Position numbers and translations under genes: made by a program
Part shown: positions 8,286 through 17,025 of the stretch, piece after piece
Layout: each line of letters starts with the position of its first letter
How positions within the stretch are numbered: the stretch's first letter is position 1
Source of the DNA: Peptococcaceae bacterium
GTDB lineage: Bacteria > Bacillota > Desulfitobacteriia > Desulfitobacteriales > Syntrophobotulaceae
Length of the DNA stretch: 64,000 nt
Assembly: GCA_012524045.1 (NCBI GenBank)
Contig: JAAYSI010000016.1
Span: 697-64,696 of the forward strand
Direction of reading: 5' to 3'
The notes under the pieces: generated by a model
Seen by the model: the letters and a program-made list of their open reading frames with translations, nothing else
Database searches by the model: none
What the model was told of the DNA's origin: nothing

Positions 8286-10388
8286 ATGAATATTTTCGGT
8301 TCTAATGTTTTTAATGATGCGGTAATGCGAGCTAGATTACCGAAGGCTACTTATAATAATTTGAAAAAAACCATCGATGAGGGCCGCGAACTGGATCCAA
8401 ATATTGCTGAAATTGTGGCCAGTGCGATGAAAGATTGGGCTTTGGAAAAAGGTGCTACCCATTATACCCATTGGTTTCAGCCAATGACCGGTCTGACGGC
8501 TGAAAAGCACGATGCCTTTATCTCCCCTACCTCCGACGGTAAAGTTTTGATGGAGTTTTCCGGCAAGGAACTCAACCAAGGAGAATCTGATGCTTCATCT
8601 TTCCCGAACGGAGGAATAAGAGCCACCTTCGAAGCAAGGGGTTATACTGTATGGGATTGTACATCCCCAGCGTTTATCCGCGAAGATAAAAATGGTAATG
8701 TCACTTTAACCATCCCTACAGCCTTTTACTCTTATAACGGAAACTCTCTGGACAAGAAAACTCCGCTTTTACGTTCTTTAGAAGCTTTGTCCAAACAGGC
8801 AGTTAGAGTCCTGAGGCTTTTCGGCAATACAACTTGCACCAGAGTGATTGCCAACGTCGGCCCCGAACAGGAATACTTTTTAATCGATAAAAAATTCTTC
8901 GAAGCCAGAATGGATCTGGTTCTTACCGGACGAACTCTTTTCGGAGCCACTCCGCCCAAAGGCCAAGAGATGGATGATCACTATTATGGCAGTATTAAGG
9001 AACGAATATCGGCCTTTATGAAAGAATTGAATGAAGAACTCTGGAAATTAGGCATTTCTGCCAAAACCCAGCATAAAGAAGCTGCACCGGCTCAATTTGA
9101 AATTGCTCCAGTCTATAATACTGCAAATATTGCCACTGACCATAACCAATTGATTATGGAAACCTTGAAAAAAGTTGCCAATCGTCACGACCTGGTTTGC
9201 CTTCTGCATGAAAAGCCCTTTGCCGGAGTCAATGGTTCCGGTAAACATAACAACTGGTCGCTGAGTACAAATGACGGTCAAAATTTATTAGACCCCGGAA
9301 AAACTCCACATGAAAATGCTCAGTTTCTCACTTTTCTTTGCGCAGTAATTAAGGCTGTTGATGAATATGCCGAACTGTTAAGAATATCAGCAGCCAATCC
9401 GGGTAATGACCACAGGTTAGGTGCCCACGAAGCTCCTCCGGCTATTATTTCCATTTTTTTAGGTGATCAACTAACCGATATCCTTAAACAAATCAAAGAT
9501 GGTGGTACGGTCTGTGCTAAAGAATGTGGAACCTTAAAGGTAGGAGTATCGACACTGCCGGCCATTCCGAAAGATAATACCGACCGTAACCGGACATCCC
9601 CCTTTGCTTTTACCGGTAATAAATTTGAATTTCGGATGGTTCCATCAAGTGCTTCAGTAGCTTGTCCGAATATGATTTTAAATACCATAGTGGCTGAAAG
9701 TCTATCCCAAATCGCCGATCGCCTGGAAAAAGCCACTGACTTTCAATCCGAATTGCACCTCTTGCTCAAAGAGCTGTTAGAAAAACACGACCGAATTATT
9801 TTTAACGGCAATAATTACTCTGAAGAATGGGTAGCCGAAGCAAAAAGACGTGGTTTACTTAATATTGAATCCATGGTCGAAGCCCTGCCCCATTATATTT
9901 CTGCCAAAAGCGTTGCTCTTTTTACCAAACATTCGGTCTTAAATGAACAAGAATTACATTCCCGTTATGAAATTCTTCTAGAGCAATATTCCAAGATAAT
10001 CAAGATCGAGGCCAGAACCATGGTCGCTATGGCTAATCGTCTCATTTTTCCTGCAGCTTCTAAATATCTCGGTGAGTTGGCGGCCTCCGTGCGTGACTTA
10101 AAAGCCGCTGTACCCGCAGCAGATACCTTTGCGCAAGAAGAAGTCATTAAGGAAATTGCCGACACTTTAAGAAATTTCAAAGAAAAAACAACCGCTTTAG
10201 AAAAGGCCCTTGCGACCGCAATCTCACGCAAAGACCTTTACGATGTTTACCAAAATAGCCTGTTCTACCGTCAGTCCGTTTTTCCCTTGATGGAAGAATT
10301 AAGATTTTACGGCGACAAACTGGAAACATTGGTAAGCTCCGAGCACTGGCCCTTGCCGACCTATACTGAAATACTTTTCTTAATCTAA
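8286..10388 (+). CDS. glnN: Glutamine synthetase, type III
   Basis: 700 aa. The N-terminus [33 protein letters not shown] and the length are characteristic of GS type III. GGGGGA lies upstream of the ATG. Confidence 0.88.
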   Translation: MNIFGSNVFNDAVMRARLPKATYNNLKKTIDEGRELDPNIAEIVASAMKDWALEKGATHYTHWFQPMTGLTAEKHDAFISPTSDGKVLMEFSGKELNQGESDASSFPNGGIRATFEARGYTVWDCTSPAFIREDKNGNVTLTIPTAFYSYNGNSLDKKTPLLRSLEALSKQAVRVLRLFGNTTCTRVIANVGPEQEYFLIDKKFFEARMDLVLTGRTLFGATPPKGQEMDDHYYGSIKERISAFMKELNEELWKLGISAKTQHKEAAPAQFEIAPVYNTANIATDHNQLIMETLKKVANRHDLVCLLHEKPFAGVNGSGKHNNWSLSTNDGQNLLDPGKTPHENAQFLTFLCAVIKAVDEYAELLRISAANPGNDHRLGAHEAPPAIISIFLGDQLTDILKQIKDGGTVCAKECGTLKVGVSTLPAIPKDNTDRNRTSPFAFTGNKFEFRMVPSSASVACPNMILNTIVAESLSQIADRLEKATDFQSELHLLLKELLEKHDRIIFNGNNYSEEWVAEAKRRGLLNIESMVEALPHYISAKSVALFTKHSVLNEQELHSRYEILLEQYSKIIKIEARTMVAMANRLIFPAASKYLGELAASVRDLKAAVPAADTFAQEEVIKEIADTLRNFKEKTTALEKALATAISRKDLYDVYQNSLFYRQSVFPLMEELRFYGDKLETLVSSEHWPLPTYTEILFLI

Positions 10389-10483
10389 CTGTTTTCTTAA
10401 TATCTAATAGAGATTTCGGAACCGACTTACCTTCTAACTATTAATCTTCCTATAATCTTCCTATTAACTCTTTCTTCTTTTAA

Positions 10484-11017
10484 TTATGTTGCTCTCCTGG
10501 TCCAAAAGCCACCACGGAAATTTTTTGGTTCTTCAAAAACAATGAATGCATTTGGACAATAACTGTCAATTAGTTTTAATAGATCCTTCTGCCTGTTACG
10601 CTTAGCCAAAACGGTCATTACCAGACGTTTGCCGTCCCGTCCGTCACCAATCCAACTGGTAACTCCATAGCCGGCGTTGCGGATTGCATCCGGTAATTCA
10701 CGATCTACCATATCCACTATTACTTCAGCTGTTATATAACCTAGCGCAAGTTTTTCTTCAATCAAGCTGCCTAAATAAACCCCGGTTCCATAACCCAGAC
10801 AATATGCAGCGATATTCCAGTAGCTATCCAAATTGTTCAGGATAATGGAAAGTCCCATAATATAGACGAATACCTCTATTACTGATAAAAATGAAGCATA
10901 GGTCCTAAGGCCTTTAACCATTAGAATAAACCTTATCGTGGTTAAAGTCACATAAGTTACATTAATAGCTACTATTAATGTAAACTGGATCGTTCCGCTA
11001 GTAATAATAATCACCAT
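10484..11017 (-). CDS. UPF0316 / DUF2179-domain membrane protein
   Basis: 177 aa with three N-terminal TM helices and a C-terminal soluble DUF2179-like domain (..VMTVLAKRNRQKDLLKLIDSYCPNAFIVFEE). Confidence 0.7.
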   Translation of the reverse strand: MVIIITSGTIQFTLIVAINVTYVTLTTIRFILMVKGLRTYASFLSVIEVFVYIMGLSIILNNLDSYWNIAAYCLGYGTGVYLGSLIEEKLALGYITAEVIVDMVDRELPDAIRNAGYGVTSWIGDGRDGKRLVMTVLAKRNRQKDLLKLIDSYCPNAFIVFEEPKNFRGGFWTRRAT

Positions 11018-11185
11018 ACTTCTCCCGCCTGGCGGGTGTTTTTTTTATTGATGGAAATCAGTCCATATAAGTTAGTATAACCTTCCTACCAGGAATTTCA
11101 ACTTCGATCTGTTATAATATAATAAGTTATAATAAATATTGAGTTATTCCAAACGGCCAGCTAGTAAAATTTCAAGGAGGTCCAT

Positions 11186-13201
11186 ATGAAGACAGAATTA
11201 TATCGTTCCGTTTGTCCTTTTGATTGTCCCGATACCTGCGGTCTCTTAGTAGAAATCCGTCAAGGCAAAGTCAACAAAGTAATGGGCGATCCTGAGCATC
11301 CCCATACTAAAGGGACCCTATGTCCAAAAATGAACCAATATGAAAAAACAGTCTACTCACCGGAAAGGCTAACCCAACCCTTACTCCGATCAGGTCCTAA
11401 AGGGAGTGGGAGTTTTAAGCCTATATCTTGGGAAGAAGCTCTGAATATTATCGTTGAGCGTTGGCAGCAGATAATTGACGAATATACTGCTGAAGCTATT
11501 TTGCCCTACTCCTATGCCGGAGTGATGGGAATGGTTCAGCGCAATTGCGGAGAAGCCTTTTTCCATCGGCTTGGTGCCTCCAGACTAAAACGAACCATTT
11601 GCGCGACAGCCAAAACCTCCGGCTGGAAGCTGGTTATGGGCGAAACTTTACCCGCCCACCCTGCCGAAGTCTTGCAAAGCGATTTTATTATTATGTGGGG
11701 GACTAATGCCCTAGCCACTAATATCCATATGTATAACAACATCCGCCAAGCCAAAAAACAAGGGGCCAAAGTATGGCTAATAGATACTTACGAAACGCCC
11801 AGTGCGCAAATCGCCGATAAAGTACTTATAAGCAAACCGGGCAGAGATGGCGCTTTAGCCCTCGGTTTGATGCATATTATAGCCCGGGATAATTTAGTGG
11901 ACAAAGAGTTTATTACAGCCAAGATCCAAGGTTATGAAGAATTGGCAACTAAAGTGCTGCCTAACTATCCACCCGCTAAAGTCAGCGCAATAACCGGCGT
12001 AGACCCAAGTGTTTTAGAAGAACTTGCCCACCAATACGCTAAAGCCAAAGCCCCATTTATCACCCTCGGCACCGGCTTGTCCCGCTACGGAAACGGTGCA
12101 ATGACCGTGCGTTCCATCACTTGTCTGCCAGCCTTAGTCGGAGCCTGGGCCAAACCCGGTGGGGGCTTAGTAGTTAATGCCCCTACAGGTAAAGCCTTCA
12201 ATAACGATATCATCACCCGTCCCGATTTTATGTCCAAGCCAACTAGGGTCGTAAATATGAATCAATTAGGTTCAGCGCTGACGGAATTGTCAGACCCTCC
12301 GGTAATGGCCCTCTATGTCTACCATTCCAACCAAGCAATAGTAACCCCAAATCAAAATAAAATCCTCAAAGGCTTGCAGCGGGATGATTTATTCTGCGTT
12401 GTCCATGAAAGATTTCTCACCGATACTGCCCTTTATGCAGACCTGCTACTCCCGGCCACATCCTCCCTTGAACAGCCCGATCTTTATCGTTCTTACGGTC
12501 AATATGTAATCCAAAAAACTTCGGCCATTATTTCGCCGATTGGCGAAGCAAAATCCAACTGGGAAGTATTTCAATTACTAGCTGAACGCCTCGGCTTTAC
12601 CGAACCATATTTTAAACAGACTGCCGAACAGCTAGTTGACCAGGTTATAGACCAAGCTACTGACTGGCTTAAAAAAGTAGACTTGGCCGCTTTAAAACAG
12701 GGACAACCTGTTGAATTGCCCTTGCCAGCTAATTATAAAACCACTTACCAAACTCCGTCCGGCAAAATAGAAATCCTAAATCCGGCTGATCCGGAACCGC
12801 TTCCGGGCTATTGCGAGCCGCACAGTGACAATGCGCCGTTCCATCTGGTAAGCTCACCCAGTCTTTATTCGTTAAACTCCTCTTTTAATGAAAGAAAGGA
12901 CTTGGTCAGCAAGAAAAAAGGAGTTTATCTAATGATAAACCCACTGGATGCCCAAGCTAAAAATCTAAGTGATAATCAACATGTGGTTGCCTTCAATCAG
13001 CAAGGCAGAGCAGAGTTTATTTTACAAATAACCCCCCAAGTGCCCCAAGGAGTAGTAGTTACTGAAGGTTTGTTCTGGCTTAGAGATGCTTTAGGAGAAC
13101 GAACGGTTAATGCTCTTACTTCCGAACGCCTTACCGACAGAGGTGAAGCCAGTACCCTTTACGACGTTAAAGTTGATTTAGAGCCTTTCCAACCGGCTTA
13201 A
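11186..13201 (+). CDS. Molybdopterin (bis-MGD) oxidoreductase, cytoplasmic, substrate unknown
   Basis: N-terminal 4Fe-4S motif CPFDCPDTCGL..C, a MopB-family body and a C-terminal molybdopterin dinucleotide-binding domain. There is no twin-arginine signal. AAGGAGG lies upstream. Confidence 0.85.
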   Translation: MKTELYRSVCPFDCPDTCGLLVEIRQGKVNKVMGDPEHPHTKGTLCPKMNQYEKTVYSPERLTQPLLRSGPKGSGSFKPISWEEALNIIVERWQQIIDEYTAEAILPYSYAGVMGMVQRNCGEAFFHRLGASRLKRTICATAKTSGWKLVMGETLPAHPAEVLQSDFIIMWGTNALATNIHMYNNIRQAKKQGAKVWLIDTYETPSAQIADKVLISKPGRDGALALGLMHIIARDNLVDKEFITAKIQGYEELATKVLPNYPPAKVSAITGVDPSVLEELAHQYAKAKAPFITLGTGLSRYGNGAMTVRSITCLPALVGAWAKPGGGLVVNAPTGKAFNNDIITRPDFMSKPTRVVNMNQLGSALTELSDPPVMALYVYHSNQAIVTPNQNKILKGLQRDDLFCVVHERFLTDTALYADLLLPATSSLEQPDLYRSYGQYVIQKTSAIISPIGEAKSNWEVFQLLAERLGFTEPYFKQTAEQLVDQVIDQATDWLKKVDLAALKQGQPVELPLPANYKTTYQTPSGKIEILNPADPEPLPGYCEPHSDNAPFHLVSSPSLYSLNSSFNERKDLVSKKKGVYLMINPLDAQAKNLSDNQHVVAFNQQGRAEFILQITPQVPQGVVVTEGLFWLRDALGERTVNALTSERLTDRGEASTLYDVKVDLEPFQPA

Positions 13202-13987
13202 AGCATAGGAAATAGCCAGGCCGCCAAAAAAGCAAAACACGCTAACTAGTCCCAGCCAATCAAAGGAATAGCCGGTAATGATTTCGGGAATTGCCCCAAT
13301 CACAAAACCTAAAACAGCATAATAGGTAATACCATAGTATTCTCGGAGTAAGTAGTCCATAAACTTGGCAAAAACTAATACTCCTACAGCCAAGCCTATG
13401 CCCATCGGAAATAGAATCACCAGATCAAGCGAAGCGACTGCTCTTAAAAAACTCTCATAGAAACCCAAAAGCATCAGTAAAACCGAACCGCTGATTCCCG
13501 GAATCACTATAGAACCAGCCAAGACAAAACCGCCGAAAACTAATTGGAACAGGTTTACCGAATGCAATGCTCCGGCTTGGATATCACCAAAACCGGTTTC
13601 CAAAAAAGCTAAAGTTAAGCCAGTTATCAGGGTTAGGACAAAGGGTATAAGGTAAGTCACCTTAAACCCTCGACGGTTAGCCCGTTTAACTAACAACGGC
13701 AAGGTTCCGACTATTAAACCGGCAAAGGTATAAGTTGTCGGCATCGGTAGCTTTTCCAGCAAATAACTTAGGATATTACTGAAGCCGACAATACCAATGG
13801 CAGCTCCCAAACCGATCGGAAATAGAAATATAAGGTTTCGTTTCATGTTTTTAAAGAAATTCCCGACCGCAGAGACCATATCCTCATATAAGCCGAGAAT
13901 CATTGCCAAAGCCCCACCGCTAACCCCAGGAGCTATATTGCCTATTCCGATTATTATCCCTTTAAAAAAGTTGCCAAAATAATTCAT
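13178..13987 (-). CDS. DUF368 family membrane protein (family recently linked to undecaprenyl-phosphate translocation)
   Basis: Duplicated PGVSGG / PGISGS motifs in a polytopic 269-aa protein. Its 3' end overlaps the convergent oxidoreductase gene by 24 nt. Confidence 0.75.
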   Translation of the reverse strand: MNYFGNFFKGIIIGIGNIAPGVSGGALAMILGLYEDMVSAVGNFFKNMKRNLIFLFPIGLGAAIGIVGFSNILSYLLEKLPMPTTYTFAGLIVGTLPLLVKRANRRGFKVTYLIPFVLTLITGLTLAFLETGFGDIQAGALHSVNLFQLVFGGFVLAGSIVIPGISGSVLLMLLGFYESFLRAVASLDLVILFPMGIGLAVGVLVFAKFMDYLLREYYGITYYAVLGFVIGAIPEIITGYSFDWLGLVSVFCFFGGLAISYALSRLERL

Positions 13988-14060
13988 TAATATAAATATC
14001 TCCTGTATTGGTTTCTATCTAAGATATATATAGAAAGCGCGATCTTTTTAGAACTACATC

Positions 14061-15458
14061 TTACCTCTTATCCAGAGGAACATATTCTTTTCTTTTAGCC
14101 ACACTCTTATAAGCCGGGCGAATAATTTTGCCGGCGCAGACAAGTTCTTCTATGCGATGAGCACTCCAGCCAGGCATTCTGGCCACCGCAAAAATAGGAG
14201 TAAACATCTCCAGCGGTAAATTCAACATTTTATAAACGAATCCCGAATAAAAATCTATGTTGGCGCTGATGATTTTGTACATTTTATTATGCTGAGCAAT
14301 AATCTTCGGAGCTATTTTCTCAACTTTAGTATAAAGCTTGAATTCTTTCTCTAAACCCTTTTCCTCTGCTAGTTTACCCGCATAGTATTCTAAAATAATC
14401 TCCCGCGGATCAGATATGGAGTAAACAGCGTGGCCTATACCGTAGATTAAACCTGTTCTGTCGAATGCTTCTTTCTTAAGAATTTTCAACAAATAGGCGG
14501 CAATTTCTTCATCATCTTCCCAATCTTTTACATTAGCCATAATTTCCTCTAACATTAGATAGGCCTTAATATTAGCGCCTCCATGCTTAGGCCCTTTCAA
14601 CGCACCGATAGCCGCTGCCAATGTAGAATAAGTGTCGGTACCGGTCGAAGTTATAACATGAGTTACAAAAGATGAGTTATTGCCTCCGCCGTGCTCAGCA
14701 TGAAGCACCAGAGCCAAATCCAGCAAGGAAGCTTCAAGCTGGGTATACTGGGAATCCGGTCTTAACATATATAAAATATTCTCAGCCATACTCAACTCGG
14801 GTCTTGGGCTGTGCAAAAACAAACTCTTCTTACCATGGTAATGCGAATAAGCATGGTAACTGTAAACAGCAATGGACGGGAAGCAAGAAATAATTTTCAG
14901 GCATTGTTTTAATACGTTATGAATGGATATATCGTCAGGATTATCATCATAGGAATAAAGAGCCAAAACGCTACGGGCTAACATATTCATGATATCCTTG
15001 CCCGGAGTCTTTAAAATTACCCCTCGAGCAAAATCTTCAGGCAAATTCTGATAAATTGCTATTAATTTTTTAAATTCGGCCAGGGCTTTGGCATCCGGTA
15101 AATGACCAAAAAGCAATAAATAGGTTATTTCTTCAAAGCCAAAACGGCCTTCCGTCATAAAACCTCTGACGATATCCCTTATGTCAATCCCTCGATAGGT
15201 CAATCTGCCCGGTACGGGTATCATTTCTCCTTCGTCGATTATATAAGAATGTACCTCGCCGATTTCAGTCAGCCCAACCAAAACGCCTTTACCGTCTAGA
15301 TCTCGAAGTCCTCGCTTTACTTCGTACTTAGTATACAATTCCGGGTCAATATTGCTGCTTTTTGCGGCAAGATCCCCGAGCCATGCAACAGTCTTTTTTT
15401 CAAATTCCTCTTGTTCAACTTTATCCATATCCCAGTTTTGCCTATCCATTTTTTCCAT
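14061..15458 (-). CDS. Citrate synthase family protein
   Basis: 465 aa with citrate synthase signatures (..LVLHAEHGGGNNSSF.., ..GPKHGGAN.., ..GIGHAVY.., ..NIDFYSG..). Confidence 0.85.
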   Translation of the reverse strand: MEKMDRQNWDMDKVEQEEFEKKTVAWLGDLAAKSSNIDPELYTKYEVKRGLRDLDGKGVLVGLTEIGEVHSYIIDEGEMIPVPGRLTYRGIDIRDIVRGFMTEGRFGFEEITYLLLFGHLPDAKALAEFKKLIAIYQNLPEDFARGVILKTPGKDIMNMLARSVLALYSYDDNPDDISIHNVLKQCLKIISCFPSIAVYSYHAYSHYHGKKSLFLHSPRPELSMAENILYMLRPDSQYTQLEASLLDLALVLHAEHGGGNNSSFVTHVITSTGTDTYSTLAAAIGALKGPKHGGANIKAYLMLEEIMANVKDWEDDEEIAAYLLKILKKEAFDRTGLIYGIGHAVYSISDPREIILEYYAGKLAEEKGLEKEFKLYTKVEKIAPKIIAQHNKMYKIISANIDFYSGFVYKMLNLPLEMFTPIFAVARMPGWSAHRIEELVCAGKIIRPAYKSVAKRKEYVPLDKR

Positions 15459-15611
15459 ATCAACACCTCTTTATCGGATTTTTGGATGCTATAAATGCTA
15501 TAACAGAAATAAATTTTCGCAAAGAACACTAAAGTATTTACAGTAACAAATTTATTTCTCTTATTATAACTTTTTTGGGGCAGATTTTTAAGTCTTTTAA
15601 GCTTTTATAAA

Positions 15612-15950
15612 TTAGTTCTTGGCTTTGTTAGGCAGTTTACGCCTAGAGTCTAGAAGGTGGTAAAAAGCTAACACAGGATGCAAATATATCATCTTCGGTC
15701 CAGAAAACCTCATAACTTCTTTAATTTTTTCCCGCATATCATTTTTATAACAATGAATCGGGCACTTGGCACAAGTGGGTTTTTGGGAGCCAAAAATGCA
15801 ATGATCAACTCTTTTTTCACTATACTGAATCAATTCCTGACAATCAGCACACAAACCTCCGGGATTCTTGTGTTTTTTACGGCAATAGATTTCTATCATA
15901 ACCCGGACAGTTTTTCTTTCGCGCTGTAAACGCTTACTATCCACTTTCAT
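15612..15950 (-). CDS. Nitrous-oxide-stimulated-promoter (YgbA_NO) family Cys-rich protein
   Basis: 112 aa. Pattern IYCRKKH..LCADCQEL..Y...R...C......KPTCAKCPIHCY is typical of the family. Confidence 0.65.
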   Translation of the reverse strand: MKVDSKRLQRERKTVRVMIEIYCRKKHKNPGGLCADCQELIQYSEKRVDHCIFGSQKPTCAKCPIHCYKNDMREKIKEVMRFSGPKMIYLHPVLAFYHLLDSRRKLPNKAKN

Positions 15951-16038
15951 AACCTCTCCAAAACCAGATATAGTAGTCTTTAAGAATTTTTAGCAAACAT
16001 TGCCATTATATTGCAACTTTATTAAAAGTACCTGAATA

Positions 16039-16467
16039 CTATTTTTTCTTAATTTCTTCGTATTTATCAAACCATTCCGGAAAGACTTTTTTAAAGCGAG
16101 CCGGTTTAAAATCTTTCTTGCGCACAAGAACATGGCTAGTAGTCGCCTCGACACATACCTCGCCGTTTCCGTTAATAATATGATAACCATACACAGTCCT
16201 AAGCCCCTGGTTCTCTTCAATCCAGGTCTTTACGAAAGCCCTCTCACCGTAGCGAATAGGCTTCTTATAAGTAATATTTACATTATATACAGGCGCATAA
16301 TAACCCGCATTTTCCATATCCATGTAATTATAACCTAAGTCTTCGATTAGTTGGGAGCGACCCAGTTCGAGCCATTTGAGGTAATTAGCGTGATAGATTA
16401 CTCCCATCGCATCTGTATCAGCATATAAGATTTGGATTTCCTTAGTCGAAATATGAAATTCAGCCAA
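16039..16467 (-). CDS. Acyl-CoA thioesterase, YbgC/4HBT hot-dog fold
   Basis: 142 aa. YADTDAMGVIYHANYLKWLE is the catalytic-Asp region typical of YbgC-like thioesterases. TTG start. Confidence 0.8.
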   Translation of the reverse strand: MAEFHISTKEIQILYADTDAMGVIYHANYLKWLELGRSQLIEDLGYNYMDMENAGYYAPVYNVNITYKKPIRYGERAFVKTWIEENQGLRTVYGYHIINGNGEVCVEATTSHVLVRKKDFKPARFKKVFPEWFDKYEEIKKK

Positions 16468-16583
16468 AAATTTCCACCCCCATCCCTACTAGTATTATTT
16501 TAATATATTTTGAACACTTAATCCATTTAAGCTAATAAATTGTAAATAATCTGCATCGAAAATAAAGCTGATATAGCAGTATA

Positions 16584-16632
16584 TAAAAAAAGTAGCCGGT
16601 TGGCAAATCCTCAGAATTTCCAGCCGACTACT
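16584..16632 (-). terminator. Intrinsic terminator after the 52-aa ORF
   Basis: 13-bp stem (one mismatch, one wobble) agtagccggttgg / ccagccgactact. It is followed on the minus strand by a U-run (A7 at 16584..16590). Confidence 0.55.
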
Positions 16633-16677
16633 TTTGCTTTATTGTCTAATTTTTCAATTTCTAGAGCTTAAAAAATC

Positions 16678-16836
16678 TTAGATACCCTGAGCATTGCTTT
16701 TCATTAACTGTTTTCCGCATACTTTGCTTTTAGCTGCCGCCGAAGCCTGATTTAATTCTTCCCCGGTGCCACCCATTCCCATAATATTTATACCGGAGGG
16801 GATATTAGCGGAGTATTGTTTTTTCTTCTGAGCCAT
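16678..16836 (-). CDS. Unannotated small protein (52 aa), basic and Gln/Ala/Gly-rich
   Basis: My own translation is MAQKKKQYSANIPSGINIMGMGGTGEELNQASAAAKSKVCGKQLMKSNAQGI. AAAGGAGAAAAAGT precedes the ATG and a terminator follows. It is below the track size cut-off. Confidence 0.5.
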   Translation of the reverse strand: MAQKKKQYSANIPSGINIMGMGGTGEELNQASAAAKSKVCGKQLMKSNAQGI

Positions 16837-17025
16837 ACTTTTTCTCCTTTCTTTCTTTAAAAATTTAAGCTTACAAATCTATTCTCCCCTTAAAATCTCA
16901 ATGCATGTATTAAGATTCTTCTAAATTAAACATAAGAAAATTTTTCCTTCTCTTGTCAGTAAACCACTAGTTTTTCCGTCTAATTAAAATAGAAATATTT
17001 AAGAGAATTGTTGAAGAGAAAGTGA

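Noticed and set aside
10441-10462. Short tandem repeats that might hint at CRISPR or a minisatellite: taatcttccta x2 here, aaagagctgttt x2 at 46031..46057, and agctgga x2 at about 58561..58574.
   Set aside because: Each has only two copies of 7-12 bp with little or no spacer. There are no cas genes. This is consistent with slippage in AT-rich intergenic DNA, so I do not list them as features.
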